This document shows, in pieces, positions 62,178 to 64,000 of a stretch of DNA of 64,000 nucleotides (positions are counted from its first letter, which is position 1; each line of letters opens with the position of its first letter). Under the pieces are notes generated by a model that made no database searches, was not told the origin of the DNA, and saw only the letters and a list, made by a program, of their open reading frames with translations. Origin of the DNA: Porphyridium purpureum (taxonomy: Eukaryota); NCBI GenBank assembly GCA_008690995.1, contig VRMN01000005.1:496001-560000 (forward strand). The letters run 5' to 3'. Both the position numbers and the translations under genes were made by a program.

Positions 62178-62693
62178 TTACGGTGGATTCGCTGCGCTGG
62201 AGGCGCGGTGGATGCCGAGCACAACCGAGGCGATGGCGGCGAGCGCGGCGCCGAAAATGCCGAGCCCGATGAGGCCGTCCCGGGTGATGGTCGCGTCGAC
62301 TTTCTCCAGCAGCGCAATTGCCTCCACGCAGTTTGGACTGATGTCCAGCAGCTCCTTGAGAAGGCGTCTGGAGGTGGACAGATTCTCGAGCTGGAACTCG
62401 CCCAGCGCCATGTAGTATAGGCAGTCCCGGTCACTAAACCGCGCCTCCCGTAGCAGCTGCATCAGCAGCACGCCTTCTTGGACCTGCACGCTCTCGCCCG
62501 AGATGATCAGCGCCCACGCCAAGTTGAACTGCGTGTCCAGGCTCACCTTGCCGCGCTGGCATTCCTCGTCGTACGCGCGCTGAAAGCGCTGCACCTGCGC
62601 CTCAATGCCAGATTCACTTCCAGGCGTTCGGATGCGAGGCACTTGCGCGTTTCCGCTCGCGCGCGAGCGCTGCCGTAGTCCCGCGTCTTCCAT
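62178..62693 (-). CDS. FIS1: Mitochondrial/peroxisomal fission protein FIS1
   Basis: TQFNLAWALI, EGVLLM, RDCLYYMALG, TRDGLIGLGIFGAALAAIASVVLG tail anchor. Confidence 0.9.
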   Translation of the reverse strand: MEDAGLRQRSRASGNAQVPRIRTPGSESGIEAQVQRFQRAYDEECQRGKVSLDTQFNLAWALIISGESVQVQEGVLLMQLLREARFSDRDCLYYMALGEFQLENLSTSRRLLKELLDISPNCVEAIALLEKVDATITRDGLIGLGIFGAALAAIASVVLGIHRASSAANPP

Positions 62694-62840
62694 GACGTTC
62701 CTCCCCGTGACCTGACTTGAGGAATCCAGCTCGCCAGATTCTGTGGTCGTGCTGTCTTTGCTCGTTGCTGTTGAACTTCTTCCACAACGAACCAGAAGAG
62801 CAGGGAAGAGCGCACTGAGGTGACGAACGACGTGAGTGGA

Positions 62841-64000
62841 ATGGCGTCTACTTCGGACGAGGAAGAGGGCGCTGCCCGCAGCGCATTCCACGGAGACGAT
62901 CATGCCGCGGAGGTCGGGCTGTTGCAGAAGGAATCTGCCTGGGCGCCGCGTCCTGCGTTGAACCACAGGTCATGGTGGATATCTTGGCACAGCACTGCGC
63001 TCTGGACGCTGTTGTTGGGCATGTGTCTCGCGGGAGGATATCTGCTTGCCGTGCTACGCGTTTCCCGGTCCAAGGCCGGTGCTGTGACTCTTGCCATGGA
63101 CATTCAGCGGTGCGATGAGATGCTCGGGAAAAAGGATTGGCGGCGGAAGCGACACGTTGGGCACGCGGTTTGCTCAGACTGGAGCGCGTTCATCAAGTAT
63201 CCAGATCCAAATGAAGAAGCCACCCAGCAGGCACTTATTTCGAGTATGAATCTCACCAGCGGCGACTATCGGTTCCTGGTGTTTGGCGATTGGGGTCGGG
63301 ACGGCTTCTGTTGCCAGCGCGATGTCGCGCAACAGATGGAGCAATTTGCCCGCCTTGCTGCGCCTGTGTCTTGTCTCATCAACGTGGGCGACAATTTTTA
63401 TCCTGTGGGCATCCAGCATCACCGCGCAGAGCAAGTGCAGACATCCTGGACCGACGTTTATCTCACGCAGAAGCACCCCACGCTCGCTGCGTTGCCGTGG
63501 ATCTCGGTATTGGGGAATCACGATTGGTACGGCGACCCGAGCGCGGTGCTCAAAATGCACGACGAGTACACGCAGTGGTACATGCCCGCGAGATGGTATT
63601 CACGAACAGTGGGCCTCGGCAGTGATGGGAAGCAGGGCGAGGCGTTTTTCGCATTTTTGGACACATCCGTCATTTTTTACAGCGTGGATGAGGAGGACAT
63701 GACAAAAATGAAACTGGACGAAAGCGACATCGACAAGCAGCTCAGTTGGCTCGACCATGAGCTGTCGACCAGTCGTGCAGACTGGAAAATCGTCGTCGGT
63801 CATCATCCGGTGACCACTTCTGGAAGTCATGCATATGAAGAAGCCGCCCAGATCGCCCGACTTCGCGAAAAGCTGCACCCTCTGCTCGTACGTCACAAAG
63901 TGGCCGCATACTTCTGCGGCCACGATCACGATATGCAGCACCTCACGCTGGATGGCGTACATTATTACGTGAGTGGCGCCGGGAGCCAGGTTCGCCCGAT
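62841..64000 (+). CDS. Small purple acid phosphatase (ACP5/TRAP type), 3'-partial
   Basis: Manually translated open frame from ATG 62841: TM anchor, then GDWG, GDNFY, GNHD, VGHHP, GHDH, VSGAGS; absent from the ORF track because there is no stop in the window. Confidence 0.93.
   Translation, partial: MASTSDEEEGAARSAFHGDDHAAEVGLLQKESAWAPRPALNHRSWWISWHSTALWTLLLGMCLAGGYLLAVLRVSRSKAGAVTLAMDIQRCDEMLGKKDWRRKRHVGHAVCSDWSAFIKYPDPNEEATQQALISSMNLTSGDYRFLVFGDWGRDGFCCQRDVAQQMEQFARLAAPVSCLINVGDNFYPVGIQHHRAEQVQTSWTDVYLTQKHPTLAALPWISVLGNHDWYGDPSAVLKMHDEYTQWYMPARWYSRTVGLGSDGKQGEAFFAFLDTSVIFYSVDEEDMTKMKLDESDIDKQLSWLDHELSTSRADWKIVVGHHPVTTSGSHAYEEAAQIARLREKLHPLLVRHKVAAYFCGHDHDMQHLTLDGVHYYVSGAGSQVRP

Overview
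Gene-dense, almost intron-free, GC-rich eukaryotic nuclear DNA, most consistent with a unicellular red alga (Porphyridium-like). This is inferred from the compact layout, 'MAF..' plastid transit peptides, and a TSC2-like RapGAP alongside plastid proteins. About 35 protein-coding genes, mostly housekeeping (NDPK, PanB, PanK, MnmE, TAF4, RLP24, RPL15, ABCF, ArgRS, SPT2, FIS1, PHT2, purple acid phosphatase and others). Two gene models are missed or truncated by the ORF track: a VTC1-like gene split by a 206-nt GT-AG intron, and a purple acid phosphatase running off the right end. I found no rRNA, tRNA, CRISPR array or recognisable transposon. The most interesting observations are: (1) a recurrent paired/palindromic GTACAG element clustered in intergenic DNA; (2) an LCAT-family protein with Glu in place of the nucleophile Ser; (3) a WH2-like + Ig/PH-like candidate actin regulator preceded by MSA-like elements; (4) a CBM-like + GT49 (LARGE-type) glycosyltransferase. 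All identifications come from motif recognition only; no database searches were run.
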